DNA from: Alphaproteobacteria bacterium
GTDB lineage: Bacteria > Pseudomonadota > Alphaproteobacteria > JBFXJJ01
DNA length: 64,000 nucleotides
Direction of reading: 5' to 3'
Assembly: GCA_050175015.1 (NCBI GenBank)
Contig: JBFXJJ010000004.1
Location: 64,001-128,000, forward strand
The notes under the pieces are model-generated. The model did not search any database, was not told where the DNA came from, and saw only the letters and a program-made list of their open reading frames with translations. This document shows positions 1 to 10,470 of this stretch, in pieces (the stretch's first letter is position 1; each line of letters begins with the position of its first letter). The position numbers and the translations under genes were made by a program.

Positions 1-35
1 TAATATTTAAGATTTTTTAGTTTATTTAAGTAATT

Positions 36-1004
36 TTAGTAGATGCCAACTGGTCTGTCTGGGTGTTTTTGATGAGCTTCAAAAGCTGAGGCTTTAAGAG
101 CCCACTCACTTAAATATTTAACTGAAACTGAATCATCATAAGAATCTAAGTCGGATAAACCTTTTAAATCGTCAAAAACTTTTAAATCGACAAGAATCTT
201 TAAATCACCATTATCAGCCAACTGCTTAAGGTATGGCAAATCATCGATGTTTTTTAAAGAACCTAAACCTGTCATCTGTTTTAAAGCTCCAATGTTTGTC
301 GCATAAGAGATTGACTTTAACTCTGTAATATCTTTAATTTTGCCCGAAGCCGCAAAATCCTTTATTGAGTTAATATTTCCAAGGTCTTTAAAACCATCAA
401 CCTTAGCAAGTTCATCTAAAGAACCATCATCTTTAAGTTCTTTAATAACAGCCAAATCAGCAATGCTTTTCAAAGCTCCAGTGTCCGCAATTTCTTTGAT
501 TGCAGCTAAATCCTTATCGCTTTTTAAAACACCTGAAGTTGACAATTCTTTCAAGGTTGATAAATCAGAAACGTTTTTCAACACACCAGAATCACTAAGA
601 CTTTTTAAACTGCCGTTTTGGGCAAAACGTTCCAAAGAACCGAGATTATCGAAACCTTCGAGATTATCGCCAAGTCCGCCTTCTTTTAATTTAGCGATGA
701 TATCTTTTGCTTTTGTACCAGAAGCAACTTCTTTAACAAAAAGATTAGCAATAGCTTCGTCCATAGAATTTGCACCAAACTCCATTTCTTTTTTAAAAAG
801 AATTGTAGCCGCGCCCTCATCGGTTTTAGCTCCAGCTTTTAATTCTGCTTTAAAAAGATTAGGAAAGGCTTCTTTTAACATCTTAGGCTCAAGCTTAACA
901 TCTCCAACCGACGTTGTAGCTTCTTCTGCACAAATAGCATTAATAGGAAGTAACACTGATATTAACAATAGCGCCAATACCGAAATTAAAGATACCTTTT
1001 TCAT
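36..1004 (-). CDS. Secreted hypothetical protein with 18-aa repeats
   Basis: 322-aa ORF; N-terminal signal peptide (MKKVSLISVLALLLISVLLPINAICA); repeats of the form [IL]Kx[LIMF]xxxGxLKxxxDL. Confidence 0.75.
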   Translation of the reverse strand: MKKVSLISVLALLLISVLLPINAICAEEATTSVGDVKLEPKMLKEAFPNLFKAELKAGAKTDEGAATILFKKEMEFGANSMDEAIANLFVKEVASGTKAKDIIAKLKEGGLGDNLEGFDNLGSLERFAQNGSLKSLSDSGVLKNVSDLSTLKELSTSGVLKSDKDLAAIKEIADTGALKSIADLAVIKELKDDGSLDELAKVDGFKDLGNINSIKDFAASGKIKDITELKSISYATNIGALKQMTGLGSLKNIDDLPYLKQLADNGDLKILVDLKVFDDLKGLSDLDSYDDSVSVKYLSEWALKASAFEAHQKHPDRPVGIY

Positions 1005-1157
1005 TGAAAAAACCTCTTTATTTGAGTTGACATTACCTTATATAATAACAAAGAAACGCAAATAAAGCGAATTAATTTTATATTAAATTGTATTAATTTT
1101 TATAAAAAATATTTTTCATCGAATACAAACTGCTGAAAACAAAAATATTGTATGCAA

Positions 1158-1850
1158 TTAATCAAACAACGCATCAATATCATTTTGATTAATTGTTACG
1201 CCACTTGGCTTTTCTTCCGTTTGAGGAGCCGCAACATCTTTTTTCACATTTTTTTTACCAACAGAATCGCTAGAACCAGGTGTCTTCTTTGCCACCTCTT
1301 CTCCTCCAAGCATAGCGTCAATTTGATCTTGCGTTACGCCTTGACCTTTTAAAGCGGGACCATTCAAATATTTTTTATATTCATCGGTTTCAACTTCTTT
1401 TTCAACTTTGATACTTTGAATTGCTTTTTCGCCCCACATTGAAATCAGAGAATTAACTCTTTTTTCTACATATTGCATTGCTCTGATAACTTTAGTTACT
1501 CTTTGACCTGTAATATCTTGAAAAGAGCAAGAAACAATAATATTAGATGTACTGTCACAAATTTTATCAAGAGCGTTTATGATATCTGGATCAGAGACCT
1601 TCTCTTTTATTTCGCACACAAGATCATCTATATTCTCGGAGTTTTCCATTATGTCTGATGTTGCCTGTTCTGTGGCTTCAATAACAGCATCAAGTTCATC
1701 ACTAATTTCGGTAAAATGATCGTCAGGATTTTTAATAAGAGCTATTTCTTTCTTAATTTTTTGAATATGCATCATTAAGTCAGTCAGACCCTTCTTCAAG
1801 GTTAAAACTTCTTTGGGTCCTACAATTTGTTCTTTTGCAGCTTCGTTCAC
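1158..1850 (-). CDS. cheZ: CheZ-family chemotaxis phosphatase (alphaproteobacterial type)
   Basis: ELDAVIEATEQAT, CSFQDITGQRVTKV (DxxxQ) and C-terminal QNDIDALFD motifs. Confidence 0.85.
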   Translation of the reverse strand: MNEAAKEQIVGPKEVLTLKKGLTDLMMHIQKIKKEIALIKNPDDHFTEISDELDAVIEATEQATSDIMENSENIDDLVCEIKEKVSDPDIINALDKICDSTSNIIVSCSFQDITGQRVTKVIRAMQYVEKRVNSLISMWGEKAIQSIKVEKEVETDEYKKYLNGPALKGQGVTQDQIDAMLGGEEVAKKTPGSSDSVGKKNVKKDVAAPQTEEKPSGVTINQNDIDALFD

Positions 1851-1998
1851 GTTACTATAATCCCCCGATTTTAATAAATTAAAAACTCTTCACTTCGTTG
1901 ATAACAACCAACAATAGTCTACCAAAAGACTTTTTCTTAAAAAAATTAAAGATAGTTATTTTTTTGCAAAAAAGAAATATATTATTAAAATAAAGCTA

Positions 1999-3246
1999 TT
2001 ACTCTGTTAATAACTTAAGAATTGCGTGCTTCTTTTTACCTGAAGACAGTTTTATTTTATCATCTTTTAGAAGCTCTTTAGTAATAACAAAATTTTCATC
2101 TGTAATAACATCATCGTTAACTCTAGCCCCGCCCTGCTTAATCAAACGACGGACTTCGCCATTAGACTCGCAAAGACCAATATCTCTAAAAGCTTTAACA
2201 ATAGGAAGCCCTTCTGATAATTCTTTAATGCTGACATCTATGCTCGGCAGATTGCCGCCAACCAAACCTTCTTCAAACGTCTTACGAGCAGTTTCCGCAG
2301 CTTCATTAGCTAAATCCTCCCCGTGACAGAGTTTTGTTGCTTCAAAAGCTAAAACTTTTTTAGCTTCATTTATTTCGGCATCTTTTAACTGCTCAAGCTT
2401 TTCAATTTCTGAAATTGGCAGCTCAGTGAAAAATCTTAAAAAACGTCCAACATCTTTATCTTCCGTATTACGCCAAAACTGCCAGTAATCATAAGCAGAT
2501 AGCTTCTCTTGATTAAGCCAGACAGCTCCGCCTACTGATTTACCCATCTTCGCGCCAGAAGATGTTGTAATTAGAGGAACTGTTAATCCAAAGACTTCTT
2601 TAGCATCGATTCTTCTGGTTAACTCAACACCATTGATGATGTTACCCCACTGGTCAGATCCCCCCATTTGCAAGGTCACTTTGTGCTTACGTGATAGTTC
2701 CAAAAAGTCATATGCTTGAAGAATCATATAATTGAACTCTAGAAACGTTAAAGGCTGTTCTCTATCTAGGCGCAGTTTTACTGACTCGAATGAAAGCATA
2801 CGATTAATAGTAAAATGAACACCATAATCTCTTAAAAAGGATATATAAGACAGGTTATCAAGCCAATCAGCATTATTTACCATAACGGCACTATTATCAC
2901 CGTTGTCAAAATTAAGATATTTCTCAAAAACCTTTTTTATGCCGCTCATATTTTTGTTAATAGCGGCATCATCGAGCAACGGCCTGCTGTCATCACGAAA
3001 GGAAGGATCTCCAATTTTAGATGTTCCGCCTCCCATAAGCACTATCGGCTTATGTCCCATTTTTTGGAACCATCTTAAAAACATTATTGTTAACAAACTG
3101 CCGACGTGCAGACTATCTGCGGTACAGTCATAACCAAGGTAACCAACAACCATTTCTTTCGAGAGTTTCTCGTCTAATTCTTCAAGATTTGTACATTGAT
3201 TTAAAAAACCACGTTCTTTTATTACTTTTAAAAATTCTGATTTCAT
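1999..3246 (-). CDS. tyrS: Tyrosine--tRNA ligase
   Basis: HVGS (HIGH-like), [14 protein letters not shown] and a C-terminal S4 domain. Confidence 0.98.
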   Translation of the reverse strand: MKSEFLKVIKERGFLNQCTNLEELDEKLSKEMVVGYLGYDCTADSLHVGSLLTIMFLRWFQKMGHKPIVLMGGGTSKIGDPSFRDDSRPLLDDAAINKNMSGIKKVFEKYLNFDNGDNSAVMVNNADWLDNLSYISFLRDYGVHFTINRMLSFESVKLRLDREQPLTFLEFNYMILQAYDFLELSRKHKVTLQMGGSDQWGNIINGVELTRRIDAKEVFGLTVPLITTSSGAKMGKSVGGAVWLNQEKLSAYDYWQFWRNTEDKDVGRFLRFFTELPISEIEKLEQLKDAEINEAKKVLAFEATKLCHGEDLANEAAETARKTFEEGLVGGNLPSIDVSIKELSEGLPIVKAFRDIGLCESNGEVRRLIKQGGARVNDDVITDENFVITKELLKDDKIKLSSGKKKHAILKLLTE

Positions 3247-3335
3247 ATTAAATACCTTCAGTTATTTGTTAACCAATATGATGATATACTTTATATGTTT
3301 ATTTAAAAAAATAATAAAGAGGATTTAAACGACTT

Positions 3336-4460
3336 ATGGAAGTTATTAGACCAATGACAGCTCTAGGAATGATGAGCGGAACTTCGATTGATGGTGTTGA
3401 CGCCGCACTCATTATTACAGACGGAATTGATATTTATGAGACTGGCCCTGCAATAACCCGTCATTATGATGAAGAATTAAAGAATAAAATAAGATCTATT
3501 TTATGGTTAGAAGGCCCTGAAAACGCAGAAAAAATTGCTGAAGTTGAAAAAGACGTTACTCTTTTCCACGCCGAGGTTGCTAAAAATCTTTTAGAAAACA
3601 GCTGCCTCGAACCAGTTGATATTGATGTCGTAGGTTTTCATGGTCATACTATTCTTCACAACCCATCAGAAAGAAAAACGCATCAAATTGGTAATGGAAA
3701 ATTACTCGCCGATGAACTCGGAATTGAAGTTATTAACCGTTTCCGTAATGTTGATGTTACCTGCGGTGGTCAAGGCGCTCCTCTTGTACCTGTTTTCCAC
3801 GAAGCTATGACTAGAAATATTGAGCGTCCCGTTGCGGTTCTTAATATCGGCGGCGTTGCAAATTTTACTTGGATTGGAGAAAATGGTGAACTCTTAGCTT
3901 TTGATACTGGCCCTGGCAATGCAATGATTGATGACTGGGTCAATAAAACCACCGATTCTGCGATGGATTACGACGGTAATTTTGCGGTCAAAGGAAACGT
4001 TGAGCAAAAAATCTTAAACAAAATGATGTCTAATGAATATTTCATAAAAATTCCGCCAAAATCTTTAGACCGTAATGAGTTTATGAAATATATGCAGGAC
4101 CTTGAAGGAATGTCTCCCGAAGATGGAGCCGCAACTCTTACAGCTTTCACAGCTGAAGCGGTTGCATATGCCGTTCAAAAGCATTTTCCAAAGCCTGTTA
4201 AACAAATAATCGTTAGCGGCGGCGGCGCAAGAAACCCAACATTGATGCGTATGATTCGCCAAAGAGTCCCGATTGATGTTGTAAAAGCTTCTTCTTTAGG
4301 TTGGAACGGTGATGCTTTTGAAGCTCAAGCTTTTGCCTTTTTAGCTGTGCGCAGTGTTTTTGGCTTGCCAATAAGCTTTGCCTCAACAACTGGGGTGCCT
4401 CACGCAACCTCTGGAGGAACCAGACATTTCCCTAAAAATCCATCAATGGCTATAAAATAA
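3336..4460 (+). CDS. anmK: Anhydro-N-acetylmuramic acid kinase
   Basis: GMMSGTSIDGVD, GFHGHT, GGQGAPLVP, FDTGPGN; divergent from tyrS. Confidence 0.96.
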   Translation: MEVIRPMTALGMMSGTSIDGVDAALIITDGIDIYETGPAITRHYDEELKNKIRSILWLEGPENAEKIAEVEKDVTLFHAEVAKNLLENSCLEPVDIDVVGFHGHTILHNPSERKTHQIGNGKLLADELGIEVINRFRNVDVTCGGQGAPLVPVFHEAMTRNIERPVAVLNIGGVANFTWIGENGELLAFDTGPGNAMIDDWVNKTTDSAMDYDGNFAVKGNVEQKILNKMMSNEYFIKIPPKSLDRNEFMKYMQDLEGMSPEDGAATLTAFTAEAVAYAVQKHFPKPVKQIIVSGGGARNPTLMRMIRQRVPIDVVKASSLGWNGDAFEAQAFAFLAVRSVFGLPISFASTTGVPHATSGGTRHFPKNPSMAIK

Positions 4461-4601
4461 GCTAATGAAAAAATACTTTGATTGCAGACTTTGATAAAAC
4501 CGGTAATGAAATCTCAATTTTTGAATAATCATTAGGTTGCTTTAATCTTTAGCTTATAGTTATTTATGCTTAAATATTGGCTTATTATAACATATGAAAG
4601 C

Positions 4602-4640
4602 AATAAAAAAGCTTCAGTAAAATACTGAAGCTTTTTTATT
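4602..4640. terminator. Bidirectional intrinsic terminator
   Basis: Perfect 18-bp inverted repeat aataaaaaagcttcagta/tactgaagcttttttatt between convergent genes. Confidence 0.85.
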
Positions 4641-4643
4641 ATT

Positions 4644-5309
4644 TTATCTTCTTTTTAGTGGCTTTTTTACTCTTTTAAGCTCTCTAAGAACATAAGAAGA
4701 AACGACTTGATGTAAATCCAACAACTGATCGCCAAGGTAGTGGTCAGCCTCAGGAAGTTGGTGATATTGAACCTTTATATTTTTTTGAGCATTTAGCTTT
4801 CTTGCAAGGTTAGCAACAGCAGGCTCAGAAACAACTTCATCTTTTGCCCCCTGAACAATAAGTCCAGAAGATGGACAAGGAGCTAAAAATGAAAAATCTT
4901 TAGTCCCTGCGGGAGGAGAAACAGAGATAAAACCTTCTATTTCTGGACGGCGCATCAAAAGCTGCATACCAATCCATGCTCCAAAAGAATATCCTGCGAC
5001 CCAGCACTCAGAAGACTCCGGATTCATTGATTGAAGCCAATCAAGAGCTGATGCGGCATCGCTAAGCTCACCAGGACCACCCTCAAAAACCCTTTGAGAA
5101 CGTCCGACACTTCTAAAATTAAACCGCAAAACGGAAAAACCTAAACGTGTAAAACATTTAAATAAGGTATAAACGACCTTATTATTCATATTCCCACCTA
5201 ATCTTGGGTGGGGATGCAGAATAATAGCAAGAGGAGCCCTTGATTTTTCGCTATGATGATAACGCCCTTCCAGTCTTCCTTCCGAGCCGTTAAAAGTTAC
5301 TTCTGGCAT
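4644..5309 (-). CDS. Alpha/beta hydrolase (conserved alphaproteobacterial family)
   Basis: HPHPxxGGxM, RFNFR, GYSFG nucleophile elbow, ADH. Confidence 0.92.
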   Translation of the reverse strand: MPEVTFNGSEGRLEGRYHHSEKSRAPLAIILHPHPRLGGNMNNKVVYTLFKCFTRLGFSVLRFNFRSVGRSQRVFEGGPGELSDAASALDWLQSMNPESSECWVAGYSFGAWIGMQLLMRRPEIEGFISVSPPAGTKDFSFLAPCPSSGLIVQGAKDEVVSEPAVANLARKLNAQKNIKVQYHQLPEADHYLGDQLLDLHQVVSSYVLRELKRVKKPLKRR

Positions 5310-5410
5310 TTTTACCTATCAACCTATTATGATTGTTATTGTGCAAAACTTTACGAATATAAATGTATAATATAAAAATTATTATTATATAAAGTTAATT
5401 TTTTATAAAA

Positions 5411-6079
5411 ATGAGTGTTTATATGTTTAAGTTTTTAAAAGATGAAATTGATTCTATCATTTCCAGAGACCCTGCCGCCCAATCACGTCTTGAGGTTTTA
5501 CTTTGCTATCAGGGTTTTCACGCAATTATTTTCTACCGTATTTCTAACTTTTTATGGCACCATAAATTAAAATTATGCGCTAAGATAGTAGCAACAATAG
5601 CAAGATGGCTTACAGGTATAGAAATCCACCCAGCAGCTCGACTCGGCAAAAGAATCTTTATTGATCACGGTTTTGGTCTAGTAATCGGTGAAACAGCAGA
5701 AGTTGGAGATGATGTAACCTTGTATCACGATGTCACATTAGGTGGAACGTCAACTATAAAGAGCGACGGCTCTTTGGACAAAGGAAAACGTCACCCAACA
5801 TTAAAATCTGGTGTCATTATTGGTGCTGGAGCTCAAATTCTTGGACCAATAACAGTCGGCAAAGATGCTAGGGTTGGCTCTAACGCCGTCGTTTTAAAAG
5901 ATGTTCCTGAAAATGTAACCGTTGTTGGAATACCTGCAAAAATATCAGGCTCTGGAGATCATAAATTCGCAGCATATGCAACTCCAATAGACTGCAATAT
6001 GCCCGACCCCATAACTAAGACCCTTGAAAAAATGCAGAAAGAGATAGAGGAGTTAAAAAAACAAATTGCCTCAAAATAA
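5411..6079 (+). CDS. cysE: Serine O-acetyltransferase
   Basis: RDPAA, GIEIHPAA, FIDHG, KRHPT and hexapeptide repeats. Confidence 0.96.
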   Translation: MSVYMFKFLKDEIDSIISRDPAAQSRLEVLLCYQGFHAIIFYRISNFLWHHKLKLCAKIVATIARWLTGIEIHPAARLGKRIFIDHGFGLVIGETAEVGDDVTLYHDVTLGGTSTIKSDGSLDKGKRHPTLKSGVIIGAGAQILGPITVGKDARVGSNAVVLKDVPENVTVVGIPAKISGSGDHKFAAYATPIDCNMPDPITKTLEKMQKEIEELKKQIASK

Positions 6080-6193
6080 TTAAATTTATTTTAGTTTTTT
6101 CAAAAACATATATATCATTACTTTAATACAACCATATTATTTTAAAATTTTTGGTTTAAAGATTTTTAATCAAACTTTAAATTAGGTACATCA

Positions 6194-6877
6194 ATGAGTG
6201 ATATTGATAATATTTCCCTATTCGATTCCATAAAGGAACCTTTAAGAAGTGAAATTAACAAAGCCATCTCGTGCCGCAGCTTTGTTGCAAACGAACAAAT
6301 AATTGATTTAAACAGCAATGGTGAAGATGTTATTTTTGTATGTGAAGGGCGTGTTAGAGTTATAATTTATTCTTTATCAGGGAGAGAAATTGCCCTAGAT
6401 GAAATTGGTGAAGGAAGCTTTTTTGGAGAGCTTGCAGCAATTGATGGTTTTCCACGATCTGCAAATGTTATGGCTGTTACAGATACAACTCTGGCTTTTC
6501 TTTCTGCTGATAATTTCTTGAAAGTATTAAAAGAAGATGCTTCGATTAGCCTAAAAGTTATGCGGAAACTCACCAGAATTATGCGGCAGGCAACAACTCG
6601 CATTATTGATTTAAGCACCCTAGGCTCCAACAACCGCGTTCACGGTGAACTTTTAAGATTAGGCAAAAGCGCCGCTGTTATTAATAACAAACCAACATTA
6701 AGCCCAATACCAACTCATAGCGAAATAGCAAGCAGAGTGAGTACCTCAAGAGAAACTGTTGCTAGAGTTATGAACGATTTAGCCCGCAAAAATATAATTA
6801 AACGAACAAGCAGCTCAATTATATTTCTGGATATGAATAAATTAGAAAATATGGTTGAAGAAGTTAAAGGGGAATAA
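6194..6877 (+). CDS. Crp/Fnr-family transcriptional regulator (cNMP-binding type)
   Basis: FFGELAA..PRSA cNMP pocket; HTH with SRETVAR; no FNR cysteine cluster. Confidence 0.92.
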   Translation: MSDIDNISLFDSIKEPLRSEINKAISCRSFVANEQIIDLNSNGEDVIFVCEGRVRVIIYSLSGREIALDEIGEGSFFGELAAIDGFPRSANVMAVTDTTLAFLSADNFLKVLKEDASISLKVMRKLTRIMRQATTRIIDLSTLGSNNRVHGELLRLGKSAAVINNKPTLSPIPTHSEIASRVSTSRETVARVMNDLARKNIIKRTSSSIIFLDMNKLENMVEEVKGE

Positions 6878-7641
6878 TTTATGGTTATATCTTTTGACTT
6901 TTCTAATAAGAATTTCCTCAAACAACAAGATTTACAATCATAAATATTATTTATAAATGCGAAATTAAGGGAAAGCATTATTTATGAATTTAGATTTATA
7001 AAAAACTCGAAAATCAAAAAGCACTTTACAGTTTCATTAAATCTTAAAGCTTTTTATTAGCTTGATTTTGTGGCATCTTTCTTAACGATTTAAACCCTAT
7101 AGGTTATAAATACTGAAAATTTGTTACAAAACGTATCTCCAAAATTGAGCATAATCAATCTCATAAACAACAAAATGTTAATGCCATTTTGATTTTTAAC
7201 ATTCACAAAATGGTTTGTTTGATATAATATGCTGTAAGAGCTTTATGATACTGAGGATTTCTGCCTTATTAGCCATAAAACTTGCTAATAATAACTACCA
7301 GGTAAAAGGAACGACATAGACCATCTTTTAGCAGCGTTAATTTTTGTAATTAAACAAAATTTATCCAATACAAGCATAATGTTTTTCTATGTTTTTAACC
7401 TTTTAAGTGCATAAACAATCAGTGTCTTTAAGCCCTGCTTAAAAACTGGCTCTAAAAATGGGATTTTTATTTTTTAAACCAATTTTAAAACAACTATAAC
7501 TCCGTTTTTCGAGCTGGTCAATACGTTTTTTTATTTTTTATTATAACTTAGAATAAGGATGCATCTTCCCCATGTATCAAAACAAAAGAGTAACTTTAAC
7601 AATAAATAAAAACAACCACAAAAACTGTTAAGGAACCCCAT

Positions 7642-8535
7642 ATGATTTCCGAAATACGAAATAAAGAGTTCCGTAACCGACTTGCTCAAATAATAAATGG
7701 TGAAAGTCCTTTTGTTTGGGCAAAAAAAGTGGGCATACCAAGCGGAACGTTTGCTAGAATCTGGAACGAAGGTACAGTTCCAAAATACGAACATCTTTGT
7801 AAAATATCTGATTGCTGCAACATTAACCTTAATTGGCTGTTAAAAGGCGAAGGCTTAATGAAGCAGGATAATTTGACTAATAAATCTGCGGAACATACTA
7901 TTCCTGTTATAGGTTTTGCTAGCTGCGGTCTATCTATGGGCTGGCTAAACGAAGAAAAACTTGATTATCAAATTTTAGTTCCACAAAACATTATGGATAA
8001 AAAAGCTTTCGCTATAGTTGCCAAAGGAAAATCGATGATTCCTGAAGGGATAGCTGAGAATTCAACCTGTATTGTTGCTCCATCATTGTTACCTATAAAA
8101 GGATATCCTGTTTATATCAAATCTATCGTTTTTAATAATGGGCAAAAAACTTTTGTGTCTAGTATCAAAAGATTTGAGGGCAATAAAGACAATCACCTTT
8201 TGCTAAAAGGGTGGCTAGATCCAGATGAAAAAGGAATACAAGAGCCTTTTGTAGAACAACGAGAATCATCAAGTGTTGATATGTTTGCCCCTATTGTTTG
8301 TGTTTTTAGCCCTCAATATCCTCCATATGCGGTGAAAGATAACAATGTTCATAATTTCTCTGAAAATATCGATGTAACAAAACTTGCTCAATGCTTAGAA
8401 GCGATTGAAAAAACCAAGTCATCTTTAGATATAGTTAAACAGTCAAAAATAGCAGCTCTGCTTTATCAACATACTGTAAACAATGAAAATATTGATGAAA
8501 ATTATCTGTCTGAACTAATAGATTTAGCCAAATAA
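7642..8535 (+). CDS. XRE-type HTH plus S24 peptidase (CI/LexA-like repressor)
   Basis: N-terminal HTH ending NLNWLLKGEG; IPVIGFASCG cleavage-site motif; GKSM serine and IKR lysine. Confidence 0.85.
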   Translation: MISEIRNKEFRNRLAQIINGESPFVWAKKVGIPSGTFARIWNEGTVPKYEHLCKISDCCNINLNWLLKGEGLMKQDNLTNKSAEHTIPVIGFASCGLSMGWLNEEKLDYQILVPQNIMDKKAFAIVAKGKSMIPEGIAENSTCIVAPSLLPIKGYPVYIKSIVFNNGQKTFVSSIKRFEGNKDNHLLLKGWLDPDEKGIQEPFVEQRESSSVDMFAPIVCVFSPQYPPYAVKDNNVHNFSENIDVTKLAQCLEAIEKTKSSLDIVKQSKIAALLYQHTVNNENIDENYLSELIDLAK

Positions 8536-8602
8536 AAAGGATTAGCAGCAAAATTTTGATAAACACTAACTTTATGACGTTTGCTGCATAATGTTTTAAT
8601 AC

Positions 8603-8636
8603 AAAAAAGCCTAGAAAATTAATTCTAGGCTTCTTT
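8603..8636. terminator. Bidirectional intrinsic terminator
   Basis: aagcctagaa...ttctaggctt stem with flanking A and T tracts, between convergent genes. Confidence 0.75.
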
Positions 8637-8745
8637 ATTAATAAAAATTAACTTACCTAACGATTTATCTTATAAAACAAAAGCAAATTTTATGTTTTCT
8701 TACGCTGCTCCAACCTATCAGCCTTAAAACCTGCCTTAAGCGTTC

Positions 8746-10164
8746 TTAGAAGCGGAAGTCTCTTTTGCCCTCTTTTATGTCATAAATATGCTCAGTTGCT
8801 ATTCTTCTAACCTTTTCGTTTGGAATTTTTAAAAGCTCTTTTTCTATCATTTCCTCGCCAAGTTTTTTCGTCTCTTCGCTGGCATAATCTTCTAAATATT
8901 CTTTTAATGTCATTAAAGCATTAGGGTGGCAGCAATTCAAAATCTGGCCATTTTTGCAAAGGCTCATAAAACGATCACCGGTTCTCCCTTCACGATAACA
9001 AGCCGTACAAAAACTAGGAATGTGACCCATTTTCATAAGCCAATTAACTATCTCATCTAAGGTTCTGGTATCACTGACATCAAACTGTTCAGATTTTTTA
9101 TCATCTTCTTCAGCTTCATAATATCCGCCGACACTCGTTCTTGAAGCACCGCTTATTTGCGATATTCCCAAAGGAAGAACCTTCTCTCTGACCGCTTGAC
9201 TTTCTCTTGTAGATATAATCATACCAGTATAAGGCACTGATATTCTGATAAGCGCGCATAGTTTAGCAAAAATATCATCACTAATACTGTTATCAAAAGC
9301 ATTAGGGTCAATATCATCCGCATGCTTAATACGAGGAACACTAATTGTATGAGGTCCAACACCAAAGGCTGCTTCTAAATGTTCTGCGTGCATTAAAAGC
9401 GCAGCAAATTCATAGCGGTAAAGTTCTAAACCAAACAAAACACCAAGCCCAACGTCATCTATTCCGCCCTGCATAGCTCTATCCATCGCTTCGGTATGAT
9501 ATGAATAATTATGTTTGGGACCTGTTGGGTGAAGCTTTTCATAACTTTCTCGGTGGTATGTTTCTTGAAAAAGAATGTATGTTCCAATTCCAGCATCTTT
9601 TAACTTTTTATAGTCTTCAACCTTTGTTGCCGCAATATTGACATTAACTCTGCGAATAGCACCGTTTTTATGCTTGATGCTGTAGATTGTCTTGATGCAC
9701 TCAAGAATATACTCGATTGGGTTATTAACAGGGTCTTCACCAGCCTCTAATGCTAATCTTTTATGCCCCATATCCTGAAGCGCGGTAACTTCTTTAACGA
9801 TTTCTTCCTGCGTTAATTTTTTGCGTGCGATTTTTTTGTTTTTAACGTGATATGGGCAATAAACACAGCCGTTAACGCAATAATTGGAAAGATAAAGCGG
9901 TGCAAACAAAACAATTCTGTTTCCATAAAAATCTCTTTTGATTTGTTCTGCTAAAGCGTACATTTCTTGAACTTTTTCAGGAATATCACAATCGAGAAGC
10001 ACCGAAGCTTCTCTATGTGTTAAGCCTTTTTTTAATCTAGCTTTGTTGAGCAGTTCATCGATTAAAGCAACATTGTTTTTATTTGCAGCAGCATAAGCAA
10101 GCGTGGCCTCAACCTCATCGTGGTTGATAAATTCATCGGCTTGCAGTGATTTTGGATTATACAT
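8746..10164 (-). CDS. hydG: [FeFe]-hydrogenase H-cluster radical SAM maturase
   Basis: CxxxCxxC (CVNGCVYC); C-terminal FCTACYREGRTGDRFM...CCHPNA auxiliary-cluster domain that ThiH lacks. Confidence 0.95.
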   Translation of the reverse strand: MYNPKSLQADEFINHDEVEATLAYAAANKNNVALIDELLNKARLKKGLTHREASVLLDCDIPEKVQEMYALAEQIKRDFYGNRIVLFAPLYLSNYCVNGCVYCPYHVKNKKIARKKLTQEEIVKEVTALQDMGHKRLALEAGEDPVNNPIEYILECIKTIYSIKHKNGAIRRVNVNIAATKVEDYKKLKDAGIGTYILFQETYHRESYEKLHPTGPKHNYSYHTEAMDRAMQGGIDDVGLGVLFGLELYRYEFAALLMHAEHLEAAFGVGPHTISVPRIKHADDIDPNAFDNSISDDIFAKLCALIRISVPYTGMIISTRESQAVREKVLPLGISQISGASRTSVGGYYEAEEDDKKSEQFDVSDTRTLDEIVNWLMKMGHIPSFCTACYREGRTGDRFMSLCKNGQILNCCHPNALMTLKEYLEDYASEETKKLGEEMIEKELLKIPNEKVRRIATEHIYDIKEGKRDFRF

Positions 10165-10209
10165 TTATTTTTTTCCTTAAAAGTCTTCCGAGTCAGATTT
10201 TCTTCCTCG

Positions 10210-10470
10210 TTAGTTATTTGAACTTACATGATTAGAATATGCGGTCTTAGCGCTGACCCCATCAAGCCTTCCTATTTTGCCTGACATTGCGCTTATGATG
10301 TCTTGAGGAGCATCAACAGCAAGGCTAATAATATTAATATTTTTTTCGCGGTAAGGGATTCCCATTCGCCCGATAATATACTGGCGGTATTCGTGCAAGA
10401 CCGAATTAAGCCTGGCAACCGAATCTTCTTCTTCAATAATAATACCGATTACAGCAACCCGTGTTTCTAT
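10210..10470 (-). CDS. TM1266-family iron-only hydrogenase system putative regulator (86 aa, ATA start)
   Basis: Frame reads (M)ETRVAVIGIIIEEEDSVARLNSVLHEYRQYIIGRMGIPY...; AGGAG 7 nt upstream of ATA at 10470; directly upstream of hydG. Confidence 0.88.
   Translation of the reverse strand: METRVAVIGIIIEEEDSVARLNSVLHEYRQYIIGRMGIPYREKNINIISLAVDAPQDIISAMSGKIGRLDGVSAKTAYSNHVSSNN

Noticed and set aside
340-1065. 241-aa plus-strand ORF and many other 60-140 aa overlapping ORFs
   Set aside because: They are antisense or alternate-frame shadows of well-supported genes, with no recognisable motifs.
7285-7305. TAACTAC match resembling the switch repeat
   Set aside because: Only 7 bp match, with no GTTA dyad half and no partner site.
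7195-7377. Two tiny minus-strand ORFs (30 and 26 aa) as a cro-like partner of the repressor
   Set aside because: No RBS or HTH pattern, and too short to support.
8746-10164. ThiH (thiamine biosynthesis) assignment
   Set aside because: The C-terminal CTAC…C extension and the TM1266 neighbour indicate HydG.
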